The notes below the pieces were generated by a model that did no database searches, was not told the origin of the DNA, and saw only the letters and a program-made list of their open reading frames with translations. A stretch of 64,000 bases of DNA, from assembly GCA_963665115.1 (NCBI GenBank), contig OY762007.1:8224001-8288000 (forward strand). Direction: 5' to 3'. The stretch is from an uncultured Rivularia sp. (GTDB taxonomy: Bacteria; Cyanobacteriota; Cyanobacteriia; Cyanobacteriales; Nostocaceae). Each line of letters starts with the position of its first letter. Position 1 is the first letter of the stretch. The translations under genes and the position numbers were made by a program. Shown here piece by piece: positions 31,816-42,379 of this stretch.

Positions 31816-34036
31816 TCAAACTTCAGCAAAGGCAAAATCTGGTTCAGCCATCACGTACATAATTGTCGGAAGATTGGCAGTACGTGCGTGCATCTGTTCG
31901 TAGTATTCGGTAAAATCTCGGTCTGTGGGAGTTGCCATTCCTAAAAATATGATGTCTGCATCTTGGGAAGATTCGTGTAGTACAGTTTCAAAGGAACGAT
32001 TAGCTGCAACGATGACTTCAGGTATAGCCGCGATGCGAAACCGACTGAGCATAGCATTTAGGTTTATTTCTGCATCTTTTGCACCTGCTTCGCTAGAAAC
32101 AAGTAATTTGATATATATTGAAGAATTCCGCCATTCAATGGTCGATCGCAACATATGAGCAAGCAATAACATTAATCCACCATTGTCTTGCATTCCTCCC
32201 CACCATACATCTATACGGCGAAACTGCCCAAATCCACGTTGCTCATTTTCCCGCAAAATCATGACGCTGCGTTTGGCTTGATGAAGTTGTGCAATCATAT
32301 TGCAGTATTGATCGCGTCTGGTAGCCTGTTCGCTGTCTCCTAATAAAATAATATTTGGTACCAAAGGACCTAATCCATAGGCTTCGACTAGTTGCAGCAT
32401 TCCTTCAAAGGGGTTTGGTGCGTTTACAACACGGACTAACGCTTGCACGTGTTGCTTGTTCAACTGCTCGCGAATTGTATTTTCCAGATGCATTTGTCTA
32501 GCTAAATCTCGCGTACCGCTTGATACAACGCTTGATACGGTAATAAAACCTCGTTTGTGGGTTAATGCATAAGCTAATTGAATCAACGACCAACGTTTAT
32601 AGGGAGAACCAGAAAATACTAAAATATTAGGGCCGCCAGTTTTTGGTGTCTTCAACGCGGCTAATTTGAAAAATTCCCGTGCGGAGTAATGTCATCCAAA
32701 TTCCTTGACGTACATCTCCCCAAGTAGTACTTAGTTCGCGTTGTTGCAACCAGAAAAATATTGCTAACACAATTGCCGCCGCAACTATCGTAGCAACTGC
32801 ATTGATCAAGAACATCACCGCCAAACAGCCAATTCCCCCCAGCAAAGATAAAACCCAATGGACTTTAAAGCTAGGTCTAAATGAAGGACTTTGCAGCAAT
32901 CCTTCGATAGTCGCCGAAACATTTAGTACTAAGTAAGTAGTCAGGAAAAACATTGTCAGCACCGGCGCAATCAAGTTTAAATCGCCAATGCATACCGCAG
33001 CAACTGCAACACCTAAAGTTACCCAAGTACCAATTCGCGGTTCGTCACTTTCACCGCTACCTCGACCTAAAAACGACATCCAGCGCGGTAAAATTCCATC
33101 TCTTGCTAAAGCTTGTAATACCCGAGGTGCAGCCAAAATACTACCCAAAGCACTTGACAAAGTAGCTCCCCATACACCTAATAAAATCGCCGGACCCCAG
33201 AAAGACATCATTTTCATTGCCAAGGGCACGCTAACCAAGGTTGCACTATCGGCACGCATGGCAATAATTAGCGGCAAAACCATGTAGACAACGTATCCCG
33301 TACCCACAGCGGCTAAGGTACCTCTAGGAATAGAGCGGCTGGGATTGCGTAAATCTCCTGACATACTAACCCCCGACATGATACCAGTTACCGCCGGGAA
33401 AAACACCGCGAACACTCCCCAAAAAGGTACGCTATCGGCAGGTATACTCCATCCTTGGGGTGTAACATCTGGTATTGCACCACCGAAAGCCAAAGATATA
33501 AGCGATAGGATAATAGCGCCCATGATTACATATTGTGCCTTGACAGCAACTTCCGCAGAAGTCACCGCCAAAATTGCCACCAAAATAGTTGTAACCAGAG
33601 CCACATAAGTTTGATTGAGGCTGCCAAAAGTTTGCACTACACTTTCAGCAAAACCGATGGTATAAAGAGCAATCGAAAGCGCTTGGGCAAAATAAAGAGA
33701 AATCCCTACAGCACCACCAACTTCAATCCCCAAACAGCGGCTAATCATATAATAAGCACCACCAACCCGCACAACCTTATCAGTGGCGATCGCGCAAACC
33801 GACAAAGAAGTCAGCAAAGTAATCGATGTGGCGAGGGTGACAATGATAAGAGAACCCACTAACCCCACATTGCCTACAACCCAGCCAAATCGTAGATACA
33901 TAATTACGCCCAAAATAGTCAAAATTGAAGGCGTATAAACTCCACCAAATGTCCCTAAACCAGGAGTTTGCGTTTCAACTGACTTCGACTCATTAGAGGT
34001 TTCCGGGGGTGAATCCTGCTTAAATAAAAACTTCAT
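31816..34036 (-). CDS. Cation-chloride cotransporter / amino acid permease (SLC12-like), +1 frameshift at ~32630-32632
   Basis: LGTFGGVYTPSILTILGVIMYLR, FFPAVTGIM, KNWRP-NILV, IDVWW; deleting one C of GGCCC joins the two ORFs. Confidence 0.88.
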
Positions 34037-34471
34037 CGTCGATACAACTCCTCGTACAGCCACCTGGTATATTCACAGTCGTTTCATTTTAGGCTGAAAC
34101 AAAAAATATTCAACTATTCCGTGTTACAGATGAGGATTGGGAATTGGGCATGGGGGATTGGGGATTGGGGATTAAAAATAGAATTGTAGGTTGGGTTGAA
34201 TGGAGTGAAACCCAACACCCTACAAAATCAGTATACATTTAAGGAACCAGCTACTAGCTAGTTGTATCAATAATAATAACCAACAAATTAGAAAATAAAA
34301 CTAAGATTTTGTTTAGACAGTAGATTTGTAGAAAAGGCGATCACTCATAATTACTAAGTGTAAAAATTCTTTTAAACGTAATTATTCATGCTTAATATCT
34401 ACGTACTGCTTGATATTGACTCCTAATGCCCAATACCTAAGTCAAAAGAAATATTCATGTTGTGAATTTAT

Positions 34472-36871
34472 ATGAACTTTGTAGTTCTCGATACCGAGGG
34501 CAACCCGGAATTAAGCGAACTGGCTTTAGTGGATAGTCAGGGCATTTTAATCTACGAAGGGTTTTCTAGCGACCATCCTAATAATAATAATTCTTTTAAA
34601 CCTAACCTTAAAAGTTTAAAGACTTTACTATTAGAGTTTTCCGATATTGTTAAAGGCAAGAAAATTGTTTGTCACTATGCCGAACACGATATTAAAGTAC
34701 TTAAATTTAGTTTCCGAAAAGTTGATTTAAAAATGCCTTCCCTTGAATTTGATTGCACTTGTATAAGAGCAAGAAATGATTGGTTAGGGCTAGAAAGTTA
34801 CTCTTTAGAATATTTAAGTAAGTACTTAAATCTGCGAGCTAATAACCGCTATTTTATCCCGGATATGGCTCATTGCGCCCGGTATGATGCAGAGTTTACC
34901 TACTATCTTTATCTCAAATTAATGATTTCACAATTAAAAGACCGACCAAATCCTTTTAGTGGTAGTCGCGTTGATACTCCCTTTCAAAATCATCCCGATT
35001 ACCTTGATACCTATCACCAACAGTTTGTTACTCTTGAATCTATATTAAAAGATATAAAACTCGACTCTAATCGTCAAAGCAAAGGAGCGGTTGTAATTGG
35101 AGAACCGGGTTCGGGTAAAACTCACTTAATGATGCGGTTAGCGCAAGCGCGATTATCAAGTAATCGACTGCTTTTCATCCGTCAACCTAATAATTCTTCG
35201 TCAGTACTGTACCATATTTACAGCCGTATTTTGGAGTCTTTAGTTGAGCAGGTTGGTTCTTTTACTCAATTAGATTATCTAATAATTAATAGCTTTGATA
35301 AAATTGTTGCCGATCTATCAACTCTTACTAAGAAAGACCAAGAAATTCTCAAAGCATTAAAAGATGATAATATAGATGCTCTTGGGGGAGAAGGAACTTA
35401 TACTAAGGCAGTATACTGGCAACACATTCACAAACGAATTAATGACTGGTGGGGCAAAAATTACTCGGCTGGTGGTTTTGCTTTCTCAATTCTCAAAGGA
35501 ATTATCAAGTATTGTAGCTACACTGACTATAATTATAAAAATATTGCTACACGTTGGCTAGCAGGTCAGACTGTTTCAGATGAAGAAGCAAAAAAAGTTG
35601 GTTTACCAAATTGGCAAGATAATCTCAGCTTAGAAGAATTTTCTTTAGAAGCAATTTCGGTTTTAGGTAAACTATCTATTCTTGATGAGCCATTAATTAT
35701 TATTTTCGATCAGCTGGAAGGATTGGGACTTCCCCAAAACCGGGAGATATTGCTTAAGTTTGGAGAAACTATTAAGGAAATTTTCACCCACGTTCCTAAT
35801 AGCTTGATGATTTTAAATATGTTTCCCAACCGCTGGGAACAGTTTCAAGCTACTTTTGATAATTCAATTACTGGTCGGGTATCTCAATACCAAATTCATT
35901 TACAAAGACCGCAAGAAGAAGAACTTTTTTCTATTCTTAAGGTCAAACTTCAAAATATTAATGTTCCTTTAGAACAGATATTTTTATCCGAAGATTTAGA
36001 TGATATTCTTGCACAAAAATCTATTCGTGAGGTTTTGAATCGAGCAGCTAACTATTATGATTACAGGGTCCGTCAAATTCCCTTAGTTTCTAAAAAGGAA
36101 AATGTTCGCAAGCTAGAAGGTAATGAAAAAATAGAACAGCAGTTGCGAGAATTAACTTCTGGGCAGCAGAAATTTACAAAAATACTTGTCAACATCATAC
36201 AGGAGATGCAAGACCCTGGTTCAGTTGATATGACAGAGTTGTTACAAAAGCTTGGTATTTCTGAAGATAATGATGAAGGAGATCCAATAGAAAAATATAT
36301 TATTGAGTATTTAACCAAGCAAAAAGCTTATTTGGAAGCGCAATATCATAAACTGCCAATTATTTCTGACTCCGATGATATCGGTAAACTTAAAACTATT
36401 GCCGAAGCTTTCAACCATATCAAACCGACGAAATTGACTTTCTATCGATTAGGAAAACGGGTGTTACCAGAGCATATTGTAATTGAAACAGAGCGTGAAA
36501 ACTATGTACTGGGTTTTCTGCAAATGTCTCCTAATGCCTCTTTCACAAGTCGAATTGGTAATTTCAATGAGTTAGTATGCTCGCATCCCAAAGACAGCTT
36601 TAGTTTATTCCGGGATGAGCGCTTAACTGAAATTAAAGGTCCTGTTGCCAAACAAAAGGCAATTCAGTTGAAAAACTCTCCTAATGGCAATTTTGTGTTA
36701 TTTTCTAAACCGGATCGAATTCACTTAGAACTAACTTATAAATTGATTATTGATATTCAAAATAAAGATTTGGATGTTGATTTAGAGTCAGCTTTAAAGA
36801 TTTTGATCGCTAAATCCGAATGGTATCACTGGCTATTCAATATGTTTGGTTTTACTGAACCAACAGCATAA
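34472..36871 (+). CDS. DEDDh 3'-5' exonuclease fused to P-loop (AAA-like) ATPase
   Basis: VVLDTEG, HYAEHD, HCARYDA exonuclease motifs; GEPGSGKT Walker A; IIIFDQLE Walker B. Confidence 0.85.
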   Translation: MNFVVLDTEGNPELSELALVDSQGILIYEGFSSDHPNNNNSFKPNLKSLKTLLLEFSDIVKGKKIVCHYAEHDIKVLKFSFRKVDLKMPSLEFDCTCIRARNDWLGLESYSLEYLSKYLNLRANNRYFIPDMAHCARYDAEFTYYLYLKLMISQLKDRPNPFSGSRVDTPFQNHPDYLDTYHQQFVTLESILKDIKLDSNRQSKGAVVIGEPGSGKTHLMMRLAQARLSSNRLLFIRQPNNSSSVLYHIYSRILESLVEQVGSFTQLDYLIINSFDKIVADLSTLTKKDQEILKALKDDNIDALGGEGTYTKAVYWQHIHKRINDWWGKNYSAGGFAFSILKGIIKYCSYTDYNYKNIATRWLAGQTVSDEEAKKVGLPNWQDNLSLEEFSLEAISVLGKLSILDEPLIIIFDQLEGLGLPQNREILLKFGETIKEIFTHVPNSLMILNMFPNRWEQFQATFDNSITGRVSQYQIHLQRPQEEELFSILKVKLQNINVPLEQIFLSEDLDDILAQKSIREVLNRAANYYDYRVRQIPLVSKKENVRKLEGNEKIEQQLRELTSGQQKFTKILVNIIQEMQDPGSVDMTELLQKLGISEDNDEGDPIEKYIIEYLTKQKAYLEAQYHKLPIISDSDDIGKLKTIAEAFNHIKPTKLTFYRLGKRVLPEHIVIETERENYVLGFLQMSPNASFTSRIGNFNELVCSHPKDSFSLFRDERLTEIKGPVAKQKAIQLKNSPNGNFVLFSKPDRIHLELTYKLIIDIQNKDLDVDLESALKILIAKSEWYHWLFNMFGFTEPTA

Positions 36872-36931
36872 GTAAAATCAAGCTCTTACCAATTACCAAT
36901 TACCCATTACCAATTACCCATTACCAATCCC

Positions 36932-37699
36932 CTATGCCCCATTCCCCAATACCGAATGCAATTTCACCACCGCACCAATGACGACAATCGCTGGTGCTTC
37001 AAAGCCGGTTTTTTCAATTTGCTCGACGATTGTTCCTAATTCACCGATTAATTCTTCTTGCTCTGGGCGTGTTCCCCAACGTATCAAACCTATGGGAGTA
37101 TCTACGCTCAAATCTGCTTTTAATAGCTCTTCTACAATATTAGGTAAATTTTGAACTCCCATGTATATCACAATTGTTTCCGAACCTTTGGCAACGCTTA
37201 ACCAATCGACTGCGGGACGATATTTTCCTACTGATTCGTGCCCAGTAACAAACGTCACGGATGAACTATAAAGTCGATGGGTTAAGGGAATACCGGCATA
37301 GGCAGGAGCGGCGATTCCCGATGTGATTCCGGGCACTACTTCAACAGAAACTCCAGCTTTAATTAAATCCTCCATCTCTTCGCCACCACGCCCAAAAACA
37401 AACGGATCGCCGCCTTTCAAGCGCACCACAATAGCATTATCTTGGGCTTTTTCAATCAATAATTCGGTGGTTTGATTTTGTAATAAAGAATGTCTTCCCC
37501 GGCGTTTACCGGCGTTAATTTTTTCGGCACGGGGATTAATCATTAAGAGAATTTCTGGGCTTACTAAAGCATCATATATAACTACGTCGGCAGTTTCTAA
37601 CAACGCTTTTCCCTTGATAGTCATTAACCCCGCATCTCCGGGTCCCGCACCTACTAGATACACTTTTCCCGTAGCTTTTTGCGTGTTTTCCCGGTTCAT
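36932..37699 (-). CDS. cobA: Uroporphyrinogen-III C-methyltransferase
   Basis: VYLVGAGPGD, VVRLKGGDPFVFGRGGEE; ATGA overlap with upstream chelatase. Confidence 0.93.
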   Translation of the reverse strand: MNRENTQKATGKVYLVGAGPGDAGLMTIKGKALLETADVVIYDALVSPEILLMINPRAEKINAGKRRGRHSLLQNQTTELLIEKAQDNAIVVRLKGGDPFVFGRGGEEMEDLIKAGVSVEVVPGITSGIAAPAYAGIPLTHRLYSSSVTFVTGHESVGKYRPAVDWLSVAKGSETIVIYMGVQNLPNIVEELLKADLSVDTPIGLIRWGTRPEQEELIGELGTIVEQIEKTGFEAPAIVVIGAVVKLHSVLGNGA

Positions 37700-38466
37700 T
37701 TTTGCATCAAATCCCAAATCAGATCGGTTAATTCCCCATTTCCTCCCAAAGGTTCGTATAATTCAAAACTCACCCCAGGAAACAGTAATTTTAAATCTTG
37801 TATAGATTGCGCGATGGCATCGGTGATACCACCCGCGAATAAAAAATAAGGTATAATCGCAATTTTTTTCTTACCATCAGCGACTAACTGAACAACAATA
37901 TCTTTCAAACTGGGAGACACAGCCCAATAAGCAGCAACCGCATTCAAAGAAATTGCCATTGCTTCAATACTGTTATTTGCTTCCACGCGACGGCTACCGT
38001 GAGCTACAATTATTCTGCCATCTAAAGAAGTATCGGTTATTTTTTTTGCCAGCAATCTTTGCAAACCGAAATGTGAACCTAAATATGGTTGCAACTCGAT
38101 GAAAATATCATCACCCAAATTTTGTTTAACTAATTTTTGAGCTAATTTCACCTCTTCGGGAATATCTTCGGTAACGTGAATTCCTGAGAGTAAAAATAAA
38201 GGTAATATTTTCACACAGCGACAACCCGAAGCAATAACTTTTTGGCTGAAATCTACAATTTGCTCGTGTAGCGGTTGAGGATGTAATTCCAGATAAGCCG
38301 TACCTATTTGATAATCGCATTTCGTTGGCGACAATATATTACCAATCGCATCAGAATTTGAGTTACTTTTTAATTTATTGCTGAGATTTTGCGCTAACTC
38401 TTCCATCGCGACTTGCGGACGCGGATCTCTACTTCCGTGGGATACTAATAAATATGCTGCTGACAT
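37696..38466 (-). CDS. cbiX: Sirohydrochlorin chelatase (CbiX/SirB family)
   Basis: Two HGSR motifs, PLFLLSGIHVTEDIP, PYFLFAGG. Confidence 0.82.
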   Translation of the reverse strand: MSAAYLLVSHGSRDPRPQVAMEELAQNLSNKLKSNSNSDAIGNILSPTKCDYQIGTAYLELHPQPLHEQIVDFSQKVIASGCRCVKILPLFLLSGIHVTEDIPEEVKLAQKLVKQNLGDDIFIELQPYLGSHFGLQRLLAKKITDTSLDGRIIVAHGSRRVEANNSIEAMAISLNAVAAYWAVSPSLKDIVVQLVADGKKKIAIIPYFLFAGGITDAIAQSIQDLKLLFPGVSFELYEPLGGNGELTDLIWDLMQK

Positions 38467-38520
38467 TGGTGGAAAAAATTTTTGACTATATTACGGGATT
38501 TGTAACTAGTTTAGATTATT

Positions 38521-38620
38521 CGGACGGGCAGGGATGCCTATCCCACAAGAAATTGTAGGATGTGTGACGTTTTTATTAATTAGAATACATAATTATAATT
38601 GTTGATAGCGTCACGCACCA
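38521..38620. repeat. REP-like palindromes (GGACGGGCAGGGATGCCTATCCCAC; GTAGGATGTGTGACG...CGTCACGCACC)
   Basis: Visible hairpin and inverted pair. Confidence 0.55.
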
Positions 38621-38657
38621 AATCCGAGTCTTAAACATATCATTATAATGATTAAAC

Positions 38658-39210
38658 TGCGTCTACATCCACCTGGGAATGCAATTAAGAGGCTAATAGC
38701 AAAAGTCCATTAAAATGGACTGAAAATATTATGAATCAAATCTAATGAATAAATTTGAATTCAGCAGAAAAGCAACTTCCAATAAACAAAAATTAACCGC
38801 GTTAAATCAAGAAAAATTAAAGGCTGTATTATCTTTTTTTTCCTCTCTACACGAAAATGGAGAAATTAACGATAAAACCTTGGAAGTGCTAATTCTTTAT
38901 GCTTATTCAATATTTGTAGAAAATCAAGTTGAAATTTTAGTTGAAGAAACCTTAGAACGAAAATTGATGACATTTTTGCGTTCTAAATTTGAAACTAATT
39001 CCTAGCCAGAGACTAAGAACCCTCTGCGCCTACATCCGCTAAGGGTTGCAAACCCTTAGCTAATAGCAAAAGTCCATTAAAATGGACTAAAAATGTTATT
39101 CACAAATAACGCATGGTGAAATACAAAATGAACAATGCCGATTGAAAATATTACATAGTCGTCTTGAGACGACTTTCGCTATTAGACTCTTAATTGCAAC
39201 CCCCGGCGGA
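38658..39210. repeat. Three copies of a hairpin element: direct copies 38658-38732 and 39025-39099, inverted copy 39157-39210
   Basis: Shared TCCRC...CTAATAGCRAAAGTC-hairpin-GACT. Confidence 0.8.
38745..39005 (+). CDS. Small hypothetical protein between direct repeats
   Basis: 86-aa ATG ORF filling the gap between two repeat copies. Confidence 0.55.
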   Translation: MNKFEFSRKATSNKQKLTALNQEKLKAVLSFFSSLHENGEINDKTLEVLILYAYSIFVENQVEILVEETLERKLMTFLRSKFETNS

Positions 39211-39218
39211 GTTGAGAA

Positions 39219-40919
39219 TCACACCGCTAAAACCTGACGCACTGCTGCTGACATCAATTTATCTCTATCCCCGATAGACTGCGTTAGCTTCGCTTCAAGT
39301 TCGTCGCATAAGGACATTAGTTGGTTTACTTTGGTGACGATGCGGTGTTGTTCGTTGAGTGGGGGGAGGGGGATAGCTAAATTAAGAAGCTCAGACTGAC
39401 GAATACCACTAACTGTTACACCTGTGCCAACAATATCTAAAGTTAAGTAACTATTGTAAAAATAATTAATATCGATTTCTTTTGGTAATTGAAGAGCTTT
39501 TAAATCTTGATTAATTGCTAAATCTATTTTGTTGATTGCAATTTTGCCTAATCCCATTCTTGTACAAACTATTATCCTATTTTTAGGAATTAAATTGGTA
39601 CTACTTTTTTTAATTGCTTCTTCTGTAATATAATCAATAGTTTTTTCAAGATATTTTTTTTCTTTTAAATCTTTGACACTTGCCCAAGGAATTGTACCAC
39701 TCCAAAACTGTGGATTATTTTTACTTGGAGTTCCACCTCCAGTGATAGAAAGAATTATTTTTCCAACTTTCACCCACTCCCAACCCTGCGGCAATTCAAA
39801 AGCCATCTCACCCACATCAACAGGCGGCAACTCCTTCGACTTCTTAATCTTCCCTTCCTTAACCAACCTTTCCTTTTCTTCCTTAATCTTCTCCAACAAA
39901 ACCGCAGCGGGTTCATCATCAGGATTTTGCGGAACTAACTTACCCATGACAGCGAGTTGCAGAATAGCTTGACGCAGTTGTTTGACGTTTTCGGGGGTGC
40001 TGTAAAGTAAGTCGAAGTTGTCGCTGATGGTTTTCCAGTGCTGGTTAAAGGTTTCTTTCGTGGTAGGTGTGAGTAATTTGGTAGTTGCGACTTCTCCTAA
40101 TTTGAGAATGCGATCGCGCTTGTTTTGCGATCGTGTTTCCAATTCGTCGCATAGTTTCATCAGCGCGTCTACTTTGGTGACGATTCGGTGTTGTTCGTTG
40201 AGTGGGGGGAGGGGGATTAATATATTTGCTACTTGCGGTTGACTGATAGATGCTTGTCCAGAAGCTTGTTTCGCATCATTCTGAAAAAGTGAGCGTATTC
40301 TATCAGTTCTGAAAAATAAATTAATATAATCAGGTATATTACTTTTTTGAATAAATCTTACTCTTATATTCATAGCCTCAAATACTAAAGGCTCATTAAT
40401 ATCTTTGATTACAGCGGATTTACCAACTAATTCTCGACTGTTAACTCTATTAACAATAAAGTCACCAGGCATAAGTGTATATTGTTGTAATTCTTTATCA
40501 TCAACAATAATTCTTTTTAGTTTTGTTAACCTTATTTCACCATCTTGAATATTAAACATTCTAATACAACCAATACCATCATTAGAGTAGTATTTAGCTG
40601 GTTTGTAAAGTCCATTTGTCATTGATTCAATTATTTTCCCCAACCTCACCCACTCCCAACCCTGCGGTAAATCAAAAGCCATCTCACCCACATCAACAGG
40701 TGGCAATTTCTTCGACTTCTTAATCTTCCCTTCCTTAACCAACCTTTCCTTTTCTTCCTTAATCTTCTCCAACAAAACCGCAGCGGGTTCATCATCGGGA
40801 TTTTGCGGAACTAACTTTCCCTGTACGGCTAATTGTAAAATCAATTCTCGTAATTTCTGCACGCCATTTGGTGCATCTGCGAATAATTCAAAGTTGGAAA
40901 AAAAGGTTTCTAAATTCAT
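39219..40919 (-). CDS. hsdS: Type I restriction-modification specificity subunit
   Basis: Two TRDs each preceded by LPQGWEWV and followed by IPLPPLNEQHRIV; LILQLAVQGKLVPQ repeats. Confidence 0.95.
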   Translation of the reverse strand: MNLETFFSNFELFADAPNGVQKLRELILQLAVQGKLVPQNPDDEPAAVLLEKIKEEKERLVKEGKIKKSKKLPPVDVGEMAFDLPQGWEWVRLGKIIESMTNGLYKPAKYYSNDGIGCIRMFNIQDGEIRLTKLKRIIVDDKELQQYTLMPGDFIVNRVNSRELVGKSAVIKDINEPLVFEAMNIRVRFIQKSNIPDYINLFFRTDRIRSLFQNDAKQASGQASISQPQVANILIPLPPLNEQHRIVTKVDALMKLCDELETRSQNKRDRILKLGEVATTKLLTPTTKETFNQHWKTISDNFDLLYSTPENVKQLRQAILQLAVMGKLVPQNPDDEPAAVLLEKIKEEKERLVKEGKIKKSKELPPVDVGEMAFELPQGWEWVKVGKIILSITGGGTPSKNNPQFWSGTIPWASVKDLKEKKYLEKTIDYITEEAIKKSSTNLIPKNRIIVCTRMGLGKIAINKIDLAINQDLKALQLPKEIDINYFYNSYLTLDIVGTGVTVSGIRQSELLNLAIPLPPLNEQHRIVTKVNQLMSLCDELEAKLTQSIGDRDKLMSAAVRQVLAV

Positions 40920-40960
40920 AAATTGTTTTGATTGAATTCTAATTTAATACTTTACTTTTG

Positions 40961-41047
40961 ACCTCTCTCCAAACCTCTCTCCTAAGAGGAGAGAGGCTTT
41001 GAAATTTTCCCCATTCCCTAGCAGGGAAGGGGGTTAGGGGGTTAGGT
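40961..41047. repeat. Two-hairpin palindromic repeat (CCTCTCTCC...GGAGAGAGG; TTCCCT...AGGGAA)
   Basis: Visible inverted repeats between hsdS and the inserted gene. Confidence 0.7.
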
Positions 41048-41055
41048 TTCTATAT

Positions 41056-41676
41056 TCACGCATTAACACTCGCTAAATAAGCTTGAATCGGATTTAAAAT
41101 AATTCCTAAAATCTTATCAACTTGATTAATATAATATTCCACCATATCAATACAAACCTTATTTTCATTTAACGTCAAAAAACGCCAAGCTGTACCAGTA
41201 GTAACAACACCATAAATAACCGGAATATCAAGATTTTGACGTTGATTAAAAATCTGAGATGCTACCATTTCCGCAATACATTGTCCCAAACCGCTGATAA
41301 TATTTTCATTCTTTGCTTCTACAATCGTAATTACCGGAGCGCTAATAAAAAATTGCTCTGAAGAAGCACTAATTAAAAAATCGCAATAACCCAAAAGTCC
41401 TTTTTCAATATCGACATTAAAATCCGTACCAGAAAACAAGCTAACTTGATTATTTAATTGTCTTCTAACTTCACTTAAAATCGGTGCAATCAGAAATTCA
41501 GATCGAGCTTTTTCTGTTCCGATTGCGGTAGCTAAAGGAATATAATCTTGTAAAATAACGGTTAAAATTTCCGATGGCTCAACCGCTGGAATATGATTAA
41601 ATAAATTTTGCGTTTCATCAACCGTCAATCCGAAATCTGATTTAACTTTAGCTAAAGTAAAATTACTGTATGCCAT
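41056..41676 (-). CDS. Hypothetical PD-(D/E)XK-fold protein
   Basis: EKARSEFLIAPIL, GYCDFLI, IVEAKNE, YGVVTTGTAWRF. Confidence 0.7.
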   Translation of the reverse strand: MAYSNFTLAKVKSDFGLTVDETQNLFNHIPAVEPSEILTVILQDYIPLATAIGTEKARSEFLIAPILSEVRRQLNNQVSLFSGTDFNVDIEKGLLGYCDFLISASSEQFFISAPVITIVEAKNENIISGLGQCIAEMVASQIFNQRQNLDIPVIYGVVTTGTAWRFLTLNENKVCIDMVEYYINQVDKILGIILNPIQAYLASVNA

Positions 41677-41696
41677 CAGAAAACCTCAGAGTATTC

Positions 41697-42269
41697 CTAA
41701 ACATCACCTGCTGCAAAAACTTGTTCAACTGTCAATGAAAGCTCTGGAAATAGCGGAGAAACAATTACTTGATTCCCGGTAAAAACTGTTTCATCATATA
41801 AGCCTTCATTTAGTAACAAAATTGTAATTTTATTTTCTAATGGATCTATAATCCAATATTCGGGTATTTCTAAAGCTGCATATTCCGATCTTTTATACCG
41901 ATAATCTCGCTTTATCGATTCTGGGCTTACTACTTCAACTGCTAATAAAGGAGGTATTTGAAAAACTGCTGATTCTTTCAATAATTCTTTTACCGTATCA
42001 GTTGAAACAACACAAACATCCATTAATCTTGATTTACGCCATCCCGTGCGAATACTGGCTTCTTTTAAACATAATAATGGTAAATTTAAACGAGTAATTT
42101 CTGCTTTAAAATTATCTCGAATAAAATCAGAAATTAATAAATGGATAAAAGTTGGCGGATTAACTAATTCCAACCTCCCATCAAGCAATTCATAACGATT
42201 TTCTGTACCATCGTCATAACTAAGATATTCTGCAAAACTGAATAACTGCTGTACTGTTTGTGCTGTCAT
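41697..42269 (-). CDS. Uma2 family endonuclease
   Basis: RYELLDG, PLLAVEVVSP, RDYRYKRSEYAALEIPEYWIIDP. Confidence 0.9.
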   Translation of the reverse strand: MTAQTVQQLFSFAEYLSYDDGTENRYELLDGRLELVNPPTFIHLLISDFIRDNFKAEITRLNLPLLCLKEASIRTGWRKSRLMDVCVVSTDTVKELLKESAVFQIPPLLAVEVVSPESIKRDYRYKRSEYAALEIPEYWIIDPLENKITILLLNEGLYDETVFTGNQVIVSPLFPELSLTVEQVFAAGDV

Positions 42270-42300
42270 TTTACTATTTATCCGTACTTTTAAGGTTATG

Positions 42301-42379
42301 AGATCCCCCTAAATCCCCCTAAAGAAGGGGGACTTTAACTCCGGTTCCCCCCTTTTAAAAGGGGGGTTAGGGGGGATCT
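42301..42379. repeat. Two-hairpin palindromic repeat (ATCCCCCTAAATCCCCCT...GGGGGGTTAGGGGGGAT)
   Basis: Visible nested inverted repeats at the hsdM 3' end. Confidence 0.75.
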
